From the sequence record NC_049822.1: 51,739 nt of DNA; one strand, written 5' to 3'. The notes under the pieces were generated by a model that ran no database searches, was not told where the DNA came from, and saw only the letters and a list, made by a program, of their open reading frames with translations. Shown piece after piece: positions 8,071 through 17,881 of this stretch. Position numbers and translations under genes: made by a program. This DNA comes from Escherichia phage vB_EcoS_G29-2. Every line of letters starts with the position of its first letter. Position 1 is the first letter of the stretch.

Positions 8071-8216
8071 TTGACAACGATTTCCTGATTGGATAGCATA
8101 TCAATCGTTTACATAAGAGCGGCGTTAGTGCCGAACGGGTGGCGCGGTTGCCACGCAACAACGGCGATATGCAGGTTTTTACCGTAAGACGTATCGCCTT
8201 TTTTATAGGTGAATAT

Positions 8217-8450
8217 ATGGAAAAGTACAAATTAACTTTCATGTTTAATAGTATGGTGATGAATCCCTTAAATGGTTACGCTTGCAATAGCTTTTCTGTT
8301 ACCGTGAATGAGGATGAAATTGATGATGATGGCAAATTCATTCGAATTGGTGAATACTTGTACCCCGTGCACAATATCAATTGCATCAAACGCGAGATCG
8401 TAAAAGATGAAGTACAAGGTAAGGTTGACGATCAGGAGAATGGGGCGTAA
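8217..8450 (+). CDS. hypothetical protein
   Basis: start chosen downstream of terminator-like hairpin 8151-8208; track ORF 8139-8450 would span it. Confidence 0.4.
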   Translation: MEKYKLTFMFNSMVMNPLNGYACNSFSVTVNEDEIDDDGKFIRIGEYLYPVHNINCIKREIVKDEVQGKVDDQENGA

Positions 8451-8595
8451 TTGCTCGTCATGCAAACAAAGTTTTGAGTGTGAAGTTGAAGCGCGAGGAG
8501 AGCTTGAGGCGGCAGCAAAAGCAAAAGAGCTGTCCGGCGCTAATCAAGACACTCACCAGTTTTCAATAGATCTTGTAAGGAAGATACAATGTTAA
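8440..8595 (+). CDS. small Cys-containing hypothetical protein
   Basis: RBS AGGAGA before ATG 8440; alternative start 8407. Confidence 0.35.
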   Translation: MGRNCSSCKQSFECEVEARGELEAAAKAKELSGANQDTHQFSIDLVRKIQC

Positions 8596-8822
8596 ACTTA
8601 ATTTCTGCTTTTATTATTGGTTTTGTTTTTGCTGTAATTATTTTGCTTGTCGCATCGGAAAAAATTTGCAAATTTCTTTCTAAGAACGGTAAGTTTGCAA
8701 GCGTGACATGGAATAACAAGATGCAGCGATGGGATGTTCGCGGTCACTATCTGACGATTGGTAGCAAAATCCATCAGCACCTGAAGAATCAAGAAGATGA
8801 AAAAGTAAAATACAAGTATTGA
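8589..8822 (+). CDS. small membrane protein
   Basis: RBS AAGGAAG; N-terminal TM LISAFIIGFVFAVIILLVA; followed by terminator. Confidence 0.5.
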   Translation: MLNLISAFIIGFVFAVIILLVASEKICKFLSKNGKFASVTWNNKMQRWDVRGHYLTIGSKIHQHLKNQEDEKVKYKY

Positions 8823-8828
8823 CCAACT

Positions 8829-8853
8829 ACCCGCCAAATGGCGGGTTTTTTAT
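8829..8853 (+). terminator. rho-independent terminator (end of early region)
   Basis: CCCGCC-AAAT-GGCGGG + TTTTTTATT. Confidence 0.75.
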
Positions 8854-8901
8854 TGCCTGCAATTTGTCTATAATGAGGCTTTGTTATAAGGAGGGCGCAT
8901 T

Positions 8902-9423
8902 ATGGCTAAAAACGTTGAGCCAGCAGTAAAGGCTTGCAATTTTAAAAAACTATATAATAAGCAATATGGCGATATTGCAAAAATGACAAAGGCGCACAAG
9001 TACACGCCGGAACAGGTGTTTGATCTGGCTGTGCGTTACTTTACGTGGGCCGAGGAAAACCATATACAGGCTGCGGAAACTGCATCCTTTCAGGGTGATG
9101 TATACGAAAGCAAGATTCACAAGCCGCGCGTGTTCACCTTAAATGGATTCCGCTTATTCGCTGGGCTTTCTGCTTCCGTTCTTGAAAAATGGCGACGCGA
9201 GCCAGGATTCAGCGATGTTATGGACTTTATCGACGGCGTTGTTTATGAACAAAAATTTCAGCTTGCTGCAAACAATATTGTTAACGCTGGATTCATTGGT
9301 AAAGAGATCGGCATTGAAAAGCCAGCAACCGTAACCATTGAGAATAACACAAGCGCAAGCGTTGACGCTGTAACGGCGGAGGAAGTCAAAGAGGCGGTAA
9401 TTGACATTCTGGAGAAGATATAA
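8902..9423 (+). CDS. terminase small subunit
   Basis: motif FTLNGFRLFAGLSASVLEKWRRE typical of TerS DNA-binding region; immediately upstream of TerL. Confidence 0.75.
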   Translation: MAKNVEPAVKACNFKKLYNKQYGDIAKMTKAHKYTPEQVFDLAVRYFTWAEENHIQAAETASFQGDVYESKIHKPRVFTLNGFRLFAGLSASVLEKWRREPGFSDVMDFIDGVVYEQKFQLAANNIVNAGFIGKEIGIEKPATVTIENNTSASVDAVTAEEVKEAVIDILEKI

Positions 9424-10991
9424 TGCTGATTTGGGAAGACTTAACAGCGGCGCAAAAACGCGCCGTTAAGGAAATGAGCGAATATTCATTCGAAAAGATG
9501 ATCCGCATTTGGTTTCAATTATTGCAAGGTCAGAAATTCTTAGGGAACTGGCATTTCAGCTACCTATGCAGCGAAGTTGAAAAAATCATCAAAGGAGAGT
9601 CACAGAATGTAATTTTCAACATAACGCCAGGCAGTGGTAAAACAGAGATATTCTCGATCCACATGTCACCTTATGCGTCATTGAAAAGTAAGAAGGTGCG
9701 AAATCTTAATCTTTCATTTAGTGATGGCCTTGTCCAGCAGAATAGCAACCGCATTAAAGAGATTATTGGTTCTCCAGAATGGCAGGAGCTATGGCCTGGA
9801 AAGCTGGTAAAGGCAAGCGCAAAGGATCTGATTGTAACCGATGGCGGCAAGGTTAAATTGCAAGTTAACTCGCGATCTATAGGTGGTCAGGTTACTGGTC
9901 TGCGTGGCGGCTACATGGACGATGGATTTACTGGTATGCTGGTTCTTGATGATCCAGACAAACCGGATGACATGCTTTCTAAGGTAAAGCGCGAAGCCGG
10001 ACACATGCGCCTAAAGAACACGGTGCGATCGCGTCGAATGAAGGACACAACGCCCATCGTAATGGTCCAGCAACGGCTACACGTCAATGATTCAACATGG
10101 TTCATGACAAACGGCGGCATGGGCGGCATCCAGTTTAAGGTGGTTAGTATTCCGGCGCTCGTTACTAAGGAATATCGCGAAACGCTTCCTGATTGGTTAA
10201 AGCCTGAGTTTGATCGCGATGTTTTGTCCAGTAAGCCAGTGATGATTGATGGAGTTGCTCATTATTCATTCTGGCCTGCTAAGGAAAGCGCGGAGGAATT
10301 GCTTGCGCTTCGAAATGCTGATCCGTACACGTTCGCTAGTCAGTATCAGCAACAGCCTGTTGCGCTTGGCGGTAACGTGTTTAAAACAGAGTGGTTTCAG
10401 TATTACGGCAGCAGCGAGAAATGCACGCTACCAAAACCGGATCGCTTTGAATATACATTTATCACGGTTGATACCGCACAGAAAACAGGGGAGCTTAACG
10501 ACTACTCCGTGATCTGTTATTGGGGGATGTATAAAGATCGCGTTTACTTCATTGATGGTGTTCGCGGAAAATGGGAAGCACCAGACCTTGAGACTAATTT
10601 TGTTGCGTTCGTTAATCAGTGCTGGAAGCGCAATAAAGAATGCGGAACGTTGCGAAGGATTCATGTTGAAGATAAATCGTCTGGCACTGGTTTGATTCAG
10701 AGTGCAGCGAAAAAAATAATGATCAAGATCAATCCCGTTCAGCGCGATAAAGACAAGGTTACTCGTGCAATGGACGCAGCGCCAGTAATGCGCGCCGGAC
10801 GCGTAGCACTTCCAGAATCGCATCCTATGCTGGCTGAGATACTCGCTGAAGTTGCGGCGTTTACATTCGATGATTCGCATCCTCATGATGATATTGTTGA
10901 TAACATCATTGATGCGGTTAACATTGAAATGAACATGGCAGATGATCCTGTAGGAAGAATGAAAAAATTGGCAGGTTTGCGGAACAAATAG
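9423..10991 (+). CDS. terminase large subunit
   Basis: 522 aa; ATPase P-loop-like TPGSGKT and acidic nuclease-type C-terminus; position between TerS and portal. Confidence 0.85.
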   Translation: MLIWEDLTAAQKRAVKEMSEYSFEKMIRIWFQLLQGQKFLGNWHFSYLCSEVEKIIKGESQNVIFNITPGSGKTEIFSIHMSPYASLKSKKVRNLNLSFSDGLVQQNSNRIKEIIGSPEWQELWPGKLVKASAKDLIVTDGGKVKLQVNSRSIGGQVTGLRGGYMDDGFTGMLVLDDPDKPDDMLSKVKREAGHMRLKNTVRSRRMKDTTPIVMVQQRLHVNDSTWFMTNGGMGGIQFKVVSIPALVTKEYRETLPDWLKPEFDRDVLSSKPVMIDGVAHYSFWPAKESAEELLALRNADPYTFASQYQQQPVALGGNVFKTEWFQYYGSSEKCTLPKPDRFEYTFITVDTAQKTGELNDYSVICYWGMYKDRVYFIDGVRGKWEAPDLETNFVAFVNQCWKRNKECGTLRRIHVEDKSSGTGLIQSAAKKIMIKINPVQRDKDKVTRAMDAAPVMRAGRVALPESHPMLAEILAEVAAFTFDDSHPHDDIVDNIIDAVNIEMNMADDPVGRMKKLAGLRNK

Positions 10992-11018
10992 CACGAATCG
11001 ATAAACCAATATATAATC

Positions 11019-11048
11019 AAAGGCTGGTAAATCCAGCCTTTTTTTATT
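11019..11048 (+). terminator. rho-independent terminator between TerL and portal
   Basis: AAAGGCTGG-TAAAT-CCAGCCTTTTTTTATT. Confidence 0.7.
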
Positions 11049-11060
11049 GGAGGAAAGATA

Positions 11061-12341
11061 ATGAGTAAATCACGAATCGTTAAGGCTGACGGCTACAACG
11101 AGATCTTTAAAGGCGAGAATTGCAAATCGCGAGTAGAGCAACCATTCTACATGCAGTCAATGCCATACAAGACGCTTGCTGACTTTTACGAAAAAGATGG
11201 CCTGGCAAAAAGGATTATTGACGTAGTACCAGAGGAAATGGTTTCCCCTGGATTTACTGTTGACGGCGTGGCAGACGAGGCAGCATTCCGTTCTTTGTGG
11301 GATGAGAAGCGATTGAATGCAAAAATAATTGATGCGCTTTGCTGGTCGCGTTTGTTTGGCGGATCTGCAATCATTGCTCTTGTTCAGGATGGGCGAGCGC
11401 TCAAATCACCTGTAAAGCCTGGAGCTATTCTGGAAGATGTGCGCGTTTACGATCGCTATCAGATTCGAGTTGAAGCGCGCGAAACTAATCCCCGCAAGGT
11501 TCGCTATGGTGAGCCAGTGCTTTACACTGTAACACCAGGCGGAGATTTGCCGGAATACCAGGTACATTACACGCGCGTTTGCATTATCGACGGTGAGCGG
11601 ATACCTAACGCAAAGCGACGCAGCAATGATGGATGGGGTGAGTCAGTTCTTAACAAGCGACTTGTTGAGGCTATTGTTGATTATAACTATTGTGAAACAT
11701 TAGCGACGCAATTATTGCGAAGAAAACAACAGGCAGTATGGAAGGCTAAAGGTCTTGCTGACTTGTGCGATGATGAAGAAGGTGTTAGCGCGGCACGTCT
11801 GAGGCTTGCGCAGGTTGACGATGAGGGCGGCGTAGGCAGGGCCATTGGTATTGATGCTGAGGATGAGGAATATGATGTTCTTAACTCTGACATTAGCTGC
11901 GTTGATTCTTTTCTGGAAAAGAAAATGGATCGCATCGTTTCCCTTTCAGGTATTCATGAAATCATCCTGAAAAACAAAAACGTTGGCGGCGTTAGCGCAA
12001 GCCAAAACACGGCGCTTGAAACATTCTATAAGCTGATTGAACGAAAACGCGTTGAGGATTACAAGCCTATCCTTGAATTTCTATTACCGTTCATCATTAG
12101 TGAGCAGGAGTGGAGCATTGAGTTTTCACCTTTGAGCGTACCTAGCGATAAAGATCAGGCTGAAATCCTGAATAAGAATATCGACTCAATCAGCAAGGCT
12201 ATTGATGGTCAGTTCCTTGATGTTGAAGAGGCGCGCGACACGTTGCGAGCAATCGCACCAAGCGTTAAACTAAAGGACACTAATAAAATCAAGCTGCCGG
12301 AGCCAGCGGAGCCGGAGCCAGGCACACAGGGGAATGAGTAA
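11061..12341 (+). CDS. portal protein
   Basis: 426 aa, acidic C-terminus, follows TerL. Confidence 0.8.
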   Translation: MSKSRIVKADGYNEIFKGENCKSRVEQPFYMQSMPYKTLADFYEKDGLAKRIIDVVPEEMVSPGFTVDGVADEAAFRSLWDEKRLNAKIIDALCWSRLFGGSAIIALVQDGRALKSPVKPGAILEDVRVYDRYQIRVEARETNPRKVRYGEPVLYTVTPGGDLPEYQVHYTRVCIIDGERIPNAKRRSNDGWGESVLNKRLVEAIVDYNYCETLATQLLRRKQQAVWKAKGLADLCDDEEGVSAARLRLAQVDDEGGVGRAIGIDAEDEEYDVLNSDISCVDSFLEKKMDRIVSLSGIHEIILKNKNVGGVSASQNTALETFYKLIERKRVEDYKPILEFLLPFIISEQEWSIEFSPLSVPSDKDQAEILNKNIDSISKAIDGQFLDVEEARDTLRAIAPSVKLKDTNKIKLPEPAEPEPGTQGNE

Positions 12342-13105
12342 TGAAAGTGAAGGGCGTCGTTAAACAATGGCGCTTTCCTGAAGCAAGCGAGCGGCAATTT
12401 AGCCGCTCAATTCAGGAGGCAATTAGAGATCTTGTGGTTCTCATGCGCAAGCGAACAAAAGCGATGAAGTTTGACGCAACCGATAATGAGATCAACAGCG
12501 CAGAAGATGAAATTAACAGCCTAGCAACTGACCTTATAGCTGGCATTGTTTCCACTCTTCCTGCAATCGCGTTGACCATCTATAAATTCAATGCGAAGCA
12601 GTTCATAAATGTTGCCAAATCAACTGGCGGAAAGGATAACACGGCGGTAATTGTTTTGATCGCGGTTGGCGCTAACGCTAATGAGGAATGGTATCATACG
12701 CTTTACGGTCAATGGCACGGCCTTACAGAATCATCGCTAAGGAAGTTATTCACAAATATTGTGTCTGACTGGTCAACAAACATTCGCAATGCAAACTTTC
12801 GCGGAAGCAATGATAAACAGGTTAATGATCTTGCAGAAAAGAGATTTGCTGTTTATAGCTCCTGGGGTAAAACGAGATCAGAAAACATTATCGGCGCGTG
12901 GAATAGTCGCCTGATGCGCCAGCGCCTTTATGATGCTAAGGTAACTCATTATTTCTGGCATGGGATGTTAGATGATAGAGAGCGATTGCAGCATGTGTTA
13001 TGGGAAGGTAAAAGAATAGCGCTTGATGCAATTCATGATTTCCCTGGTGAGCCGTGGGGTTGCCGTTGCTGGGCGATTCCAGATTGGAATAATAAAGGAG
13101 AGTAA
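12341..13105 (+). CDS. head morphogenesis / minor head protein (SPP1 gp7 / Mu F-like position)
   Basis: 254 aa directly coupled to portal. Confidence 0.55.
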   Translation: MKVKGVVKQWRFPEASERQFSRSIQEAIRDLVVLMRKRTKAMKFDATDNEINSAEDEINSLATDLIAGIVSTLPAIALTIYKFNAKQFINVAKSTGGKDNTAVIVLIAVGANANEEWYHTLYGQWHGLTESSLRKLFTNIVSDWSTNIRNANFRGSNDKQVNDLAEKRFAVYSSWGKTRSENIIGAWNSRLMRQRLYDAKVTHYFWHGMLDDRERLQHVLWEGKRIALDAIHDFPGEPWGCRCWAIPDWNNKGE

Positions 13106-13108
13106 TTA

Positions 13109-14221
13109 ATGAAGGCAAAACAAAGATTTGATAGCGTCCAGGTTAAGGCGCATTTTGATGATAATGGATTTTTAGTGGATCGCCCAATTGTGGCGCGAAT
13201 TGGCTTGCAGGAGTACCGCACACCGTATGGAATCAGACGAGAGTTCCGACCAGCGTCAGAGGTGTTTAAGGCTGATTCGCTTGCTACGTTCGCAGGCAAG
13301 CCGATAACTATCGGTCACGTCACAGTGACGCCAGATAATGCGGATCAGGTTGTTGTTGGTTCATGCGCTGGCGCTGGTGTTCCAAATGGGATTGGCGTTG
13401 AAGTTCCGTTAAGCATTTACTCAAAGCGAGCAATTGAGAGCGCAAAAAAGAAAGATACGGCTGAAATTTCAGTTGGTTACACATCAATTGATATTGATAA
13501 ACCAGGATGGGGCAACAATAAAACTGGTGATTACTTATTTGAGGAAGACCTTAAAGAAGACTGGAAGCCTGATTCTCCTGATTGGGTCAAATTTGACGCC
13601 ATTCAGACGAATATCCGTGTCAACCACATTGCGCTTGTCTTTCGTGGTCGTGCTGGCATTGCCAAATTAAATCTTGATAGTGAACAAGATTTTCCGTATA
13701 GTGACGAGATTCTAAATGACAAAGGAGATGAGGAAATGACAGTAAAAATTAAACTTGATGGCGCGGTAGAATTTGATGTTCCAAAGGCCGTTGCTGATCA
13801 TATTGAGGCGTTAAAGGCAGATGCAAAAGCTGCAACCGAAAAAGCTGATGGCCTTGAGGCCGAGCGCGACGCCCTGAAAACTAAAGTCGATGGCATTCCG
13901 GCGCAGATTGCAGAAGCTGTTAAGAAGGCAAAGACTGACGCAGAAGAACACGCCAAGCTGGTTGCAGATGCAACTGAAATTGGCATCAAGTGTGACGGCT
14001 TGGACGCTAAAGCGATCAAAGTTGCTTACGTCAAAGAAGTCACTGGCGCTGATATTTCAGAAAAAGCCGATGCATATATTGAAACAGCTTTTGACCTTGC
14101 GAAGCAGTCTGATAAAATGGCGGCGCAGCGTAAATCTGTTAAGGGCGATTCTTTCGAATCTGGCAAGAGTGAAAAAACCGACTCCCTTGATCCGACTGCG
14201 CGTTTGAAAAAACTTAAATAA
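13109..14221 (+). CDS. capsid scaffolding protein (possible protease-scaffold fusion)
   Basis: N-terminal globular domain plus long Ala/Lys/Glu-rich coiled-coil C-terminus; position before capsid genes. Confidence 0.55.
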   Translation: MKAKQRFDSVQVKAHFDDNGFLVDRPIVARIGLQEYRTPYGIRREFRPASEVFKADSLATFAGKPITIGHVTVTPDNADQVVVGSCAGAGVPNGIGVEVPLSIYSKRAIESAKKKDTAEISVGYTSIDIDKPGWGNNKTGDYLFEEDLKEDWKPDSPDWVKFDAIQTNIRVNHIALVFRGRAGIAKLNLDSEQDFPYSDEILNDKGDEEMTVKIKLDGAVEFDVPKAVADHIEALKADAKAATEKADGLEAERDALKTKVDGIPAQIAEAVKKAKTDAEEHAKLVADATEIGIKCDGLDAKAIKVAYVKEVTGADISEKADAYIETAFDLAKQSDKMAAQRKSVKGDSFESGKSEKTDSLDPTARLKKLK

Positions 14222-14233
14222 GGAGAAATAAAC

Positions 14234-14746
14234 ATGGCTACAATTGGAGCAAGTTATTTTGCTGTAATGTCTCGTGCGTTACCTGGTCAGGTTTCTGACA
14301 CTTCAGCTTATAATATTGATGGCGCTTGTGTTCTTGAGAATGCGGCAGGCAATCAGAATCAGTCTGTTTTTGTTGGTGTAGCGGTCCAGCATGGCGGCGT
14401 TGACGCTATGGGCAATAAGCTAATTAAGCCGATGGCGGCAAGCGGCAAGGCTTACGGCGTTGCAATTCGATCTCACTTTCAGACAACTTCGTCTGACGGT
14501 CGAATGATTTATGAATCTGGCGGCGGAATCAACGTAATGACTGAAGGGCGTGTTTGGATGCTGGCTAAAGACGCTTCCGCGCCAGCGTTCGGCACTACAA
14601 TCAAACTTTCTGATGATGGTCAGGTTGATACCACGTCTGGCACTATCGAAACAAACTGGATCGCGACTGGTGATTTCACCAAGTTTCAAGACTTGAAGCT
14701 GGTAGAGGTTCAGGTGCAAAAAGTTCCGGCAGCTTCAGCAGGTTAA
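14234..14746 (+). CDS. head protein (decoration/accessory)
   Basis: 170 aa, strong RBS AAGGAGA, terminator after. Confidence 0.5.
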   Translation: MATIGASYFAVMSRALPGQVSDTSAYNIDGACVLENAAGNQNQSVFVGVAVQHGGVDAMGNKLIKPMAASGKAYGVAIRSHFQTTSSDGRMIYESGGGINVMTEGRVWMLAKDASAPAFGTTIKLSDDGQVDTTSGTIETNWIATGDFTKFQDLKLVEVQVQKVPAASAG

Positions 14747-14752
14747 TAAATA

Positions 14753-14778
14753 TGGCGCTCACTGAGCGCCTTTTTTAT
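14753..14778 (+). terminator. rho-independent terminator
   Basis: GGCGCTC-ACT-GAGCGCC + TTTTTT. Confidence 0.7.
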
Positions 14779-14791
14779 ATTTGGAGTTCTC

Positions 14792-15226
14792 ATGAGTGAT
14801 TATTCAGTCATTGTTGGCGCTGAGTCGCCAGGATGCATGGTTGATTCTTCAATAATGGTGATTAATGGTTCTTTTGTATGTGGAGACGAGTTTATTTCAC
14901 CAGGTAAGATTGTAAGGTTATCATATATATCAAGCGGATATAAAATAGTCAGTGTTAATGGTGATCTAGTTATTGGCGTGGCAGTAAGACCGCCGGACTC
15001 GTGCATATATGAGGAGGGTGATCCCGTTAATGTGGTTAGTAGAGGTAGTGTGTGGTGCTTAACTTCTGAGAGCGAAGCGCCAGAATATGGAGATAAAGTA
15101 TTTGTAACGCAAGATGGAGATGCGGCATACAGTGAAGGCGACTTGCTGAGCGGTTGGATCTTTACTGGCGAACATGTAAAGGTTGATCATGATTCATATA
15201 TTGTCGGGGTAAGCATTAGCGCATAA
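14792..15226 (+). CDS. head-associated hypothetical protein
   Basis: 144-aa ORF between head genes. Confidence 0.45.
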   Translation: MSDYSVIVGAESPGCMVDSSIMVINGSFVCGDEFISPGKIVRLSYISSGYKIVSVNGDLVIGVAVRPPDSCIYEEGDPVNVVSRGSVWCLTSESEAPEYGDKVFVTQDGDAAYSEGDLLSGWIFTGEHVKVDHDSYIVGVSISA

Positions 15227-15244
15227 CACAAAATTATGTTGCAC

Positions 15245-15266
15245 GTTTAACAAAAAATGCTATCAT
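15245..15266 (-). promoter_or_regulatory. motif copy in inverted orientation between head genes (function unclear)
   Basis: TTAACAAAAAATGCTAT on + strand; lacks the usual 19-bp spacing to a -10. Confidence 0.3.
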
Positions 15267-15309
15267 TGTGGCGTTACATACTAACAGCCTTTATATATGG
15301 AGGAAGAAA

Positions 15310-16284
15310 ATGGAAAAAGAAAAATTTGATCAGCTAGATGCGGATATTGTTTCTAGCTATCTGGCTACTCGCGGCGTTAAGGGTGATGCTTCTGATATGG
15401 GTATCTGGACGGCGCAAGAGCTTCACAAGATCCGCTCAACTGCTTACGAGAAAGAATATCCGGCAGGTTCAGCGCTTCGTGTATTCCCTGTAACTAATGA
15501 GCTTTCTGATACTGATAAGACTTTTGAATATCAGATGTTTGACAAAGTTGGTTACGCAAAAATTATCGCTGATTACACCGACGACCTGCCGACCGTTGAC
15601 GCGCTGATGTCCAGCGAATTTGGTAAAGTGTTCCGCTTGGGTAACGCGTTCTTGATCTCCATTGACGAAATCAAGGATGGTCAGCGCACTGGTAAGAGCC
15701 TTTCCACTCGCAAGGCAAACGCAGCGCAAAACGCTCATGATCAGGAAGTTAACCGCCTGGTGTTTAAGGGTTCAAAGCCGCATAAGATTCTTTCGGTGTT
15801 TGAGCATCCTAACCTGACAAAGATCGTGTCTTCTGGCTGGTTAAGTAATGATGAAAACACTAAGTTCCCGCAGGCAGCATCTGATGAACTGGAAAAGGCT
15901 ATTGAAACCATTCAGACCATCACCAATGGTCAGCACCGCGCAACCAATATCCTGATTCCGCCGTCTATGCGCAAGGTTCTTTCCGTTCGAATGGAAAACA
16001 CCACTGAAAGTTATCTGGAATACTTCCAGAAACAAAACAGCGGAATCACCATCGACTCAATCGCAGAGCTTGAGGATATTGATGGCACTGGAACTAAAGG
16101 TTGCCTGGTATATGAGAAAGACCCAATGAATATGTCGATCGAAATTCCAGAAGCATTTAACATGCTTCCTGCGCAACCAAAAGATCTGCATTTCAAAGTT
16201 CCGTGCACTTCAAAATGTACTGGCCTGACGATTTACCGTCCGTTTACGCTAGTGCTTATTACTGGCTTGAAAAAATCAAGTTAA
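15310..16284 (+). CDS. major capsid protein
   Basis: 324 aa from RBS-supported ATG (GGAGGAAG); strong terminator after; position. Confidence 0.7.
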   Translation: MEKEKFDQLDADIVSSYLATRGVKGDASDMGIWTAQELHKIRSTAYEKEYPAGSALRVFPVTNELSDTDKTFEYQMFDKVGYAKIIADYTDDLPTVDALMSSEFGKVFRLGNAFLISIDEIKDGQRTGKSLSTRKANAAQNAHDQEVNRLVFKGSKPHKILSVFEHPNLTKIVSSGWLSNDENTKFPQAASDELEKAIETIQTITNGQHRATNILIPPSMRKVLSVRMENTTESYLEYFQKQNSGITIDSIAELEDIDGTGTKGCLVYEKDPMNMSIEIPEAFNMLPAQPKDLHFKVPCTSKCTGLTIYRPFTLVLITGLKKSS

Positions 16285-16295
16285 TCGTATAACAT

Positions 16296-16328
16296 TGGGG
16301 AATCCTTAACTGGATTCCCTTTTTTATT
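16296..16328 (+). terminator. rho-independent terminator after major capsid gene
   Basis: GGGGAATCC-TTAACT-GGATTCCC + TTTTTTATT. Confidence 0.75.
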
Positions 16329-16340
16329 GGAGGTTATGAA

Positions 16341-16613
16341 ATGGCTAAAGAAAAAACTGTAACGCTAAAGGTTTCCGGCGTATGCCTTATTATTGTTGAT
16401 GGTGAGCATTATCATCCAGGCAAAGAGTTTGACGTAGAAGAATCAAAATTGAAAACAAGCGCGTTTGAATATCTAATTGCAAAAGGCGATCTGGAGGTTA
16501 AAGATAACTCCGCATTGAACGAAGAAATCAAACAGAGCGCAGCAAGCAAACGTAAAAAAGACCCGCGAGAGGGCAAGAGCAAAGCCGAACTTGAAGACGG
16601 CGGCATCTATTAA
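16341..16613 (+). CDS. hypothetical head-proximal protein
   Basis: 90 aa, RBS GGAGG, flanked by terminators. Confidence 0.5.
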   Translation: MAKEKTVTLKVSGVCLIIVDGEHYHPGKEFDVEESKLKTSAFEYLIAKGDLEVKDNSALNEEIKQSAASKRKKDPREGKSKAELEDGGIY

Positions 16614-16633
16614 TAAAGAGGGCGCTATAAGCG
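16609..16633 (+). terminator. terminator-like hairpin (weak T-run)
   Basis: AGGGCGC-TATA-AGCGCCCT + TTTG. Confidence 0.45.
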
Positions 16634-16660
16634 CCCTTTGTCATATCTGGAGGAAACACA

Positions 16661-17077
16661 ATGGTTGATGAATTTTTCACTGACGCAGAAATCACGCAGC
16701 AAATCGTGAAATTAGCGCCACCGATGAAGCAGATTGATCCAGATTTAATGGCGGCATGGATTGATCTTGCAAAGGAATTTGTTTGCAAGAAGCGGTTTAA
16801 AGAATCATATCCTAAAGCGGTTGCTCTTTATACGTTGCACCTTATGACGCTTGACGGAGCGATGAAGCAAGAAGGGGAAAGCGTAGAGAGTTACTCTCGG
16901 CGCGTGGCGTCATTTTCCCTGACTGGTGAATTTAGCCAGACTTTTGATCGAGTGTCCGTCGATTCAAGCGGGAAAGAGATTAGGCAAACTCCGTGGGGTA
17001 AAATGTATGAAACGTTAAATCGCAAAAAAGGCGGAGGATTTGGCCTTGTGACTGGATTTAGGAGACGTTGCAAATGA
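16661..17077 (+). CDS. head-tail connector / adaptor protein
   Basis: position between capsid and tail genes; RBS GGAGGAAA. Confidence 0.5.
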   Translation: MVDEFFTDAEITQQIVKLAPPMKQIDPDLMAAWIDLAKEFVCKKRFKESYPKAVALYTLHLMTLDGAMKQEGESVESYSRRVASFSLTGEFSQTFDRVSVDSSGKEIRQTPWGKMYETLNRKKGGGFGLVTGFRRRCK

Positions 17078-17445
17078 ACTATAACGAGATCGCAAGAATG
17101 GCAACTGAAGGAATAAACTTCTTCAGTGATGGCAACGGTGAGTTTAAGTGCATAACGCAGCGTGGAAGCGTTGAAATCATCGGAGGCGAAGAAGTAGAAA
17201 AGCCAGAGATTAGTGTAATGATTAAGGGTTTAATTCGATCCCCAAAAGTTCGAGAGGTTGACGGCGAGACAATACGAGCAACCGATAAGTTGGGAGTTTT
17301 TAACAATAAAGTTGAAATTAAGAACGGGTATCATATTGATGTTGATGGTGAATTATATGTTGTAGTTGAAGCAAGACCAATCAGACAAACCAATGTCACG
17401 GTTGCTTATCGGCCTATTTTGAGAAGGATTTCTGTACATGGTTAA
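17068..17445 (+). CDS. head-tail joining protein
   Basis: overlapping-coupled ORF in connector block. Confidence 0.45.
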   Translation: MQMNYNEIARMATEGINFFSDGNGEFKCITQRGSVEIIGGEEVEKPEISVMIKGLIRSPKVREVDGETIRATDKLGVFNNKVEIKNGYHIDVDGELYVVVEARPIRQTNVTVAYRPILRRISVHG

Positions 17446-17881
17446 AAACTACACGATAAGGGAATTTCACGGCAACATTGATGCGTGGATAAACGCCGTT
17501 GATAGTGGACTAAAAGATTGCGTGGAGTTATTCGCCGAAAAAGTACACACAGATTTGGTTAAGCGTTCTCCGGTAGATACTGGTCGTTACCGTGGAAACT
17601 GGCAGGTAACAGCAAATAAGCCGCCATTGTATGCGCTTAACCAGTACGATAAGCACGGCGACAAAACGATCGCGGAAGGTAAGCGAGCTATATACGCAAT
17701 ATTGAGAGGTGGCGGAGCGGTAAGGGCTATTTATTTTTCAAATATGCTTATTTACGCTAACGCGCTTGAATACGGTCATTCAAAACAAGCGCCAGCGGGT
17801 GTGCTTGGTATTGTTGCCGTTAAGTTGCGTTCATATATGGCTGAAGCAATAAAAGAGTCGAGGGCTAAAAATGCACTATGA
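17438..17881 (+). CDS. tail completion protein (HK97 gp10-like position)
   Basis: 147 aa, coupled ORF. Confidence 0.45.
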   Translation: MVKNYTIREFHGNIDAWINAVDSGLKDCVELFAEKVHTDLVKRSPVDTGRYRGNWQVTANKPPLYALNQYDKHGDKTIAEGKRAIYAILRGGGAVRAIYFSNMLIYANALEYGHSKQAPAGVLGIVAVKLRSYMAEAIKESRAKNAL

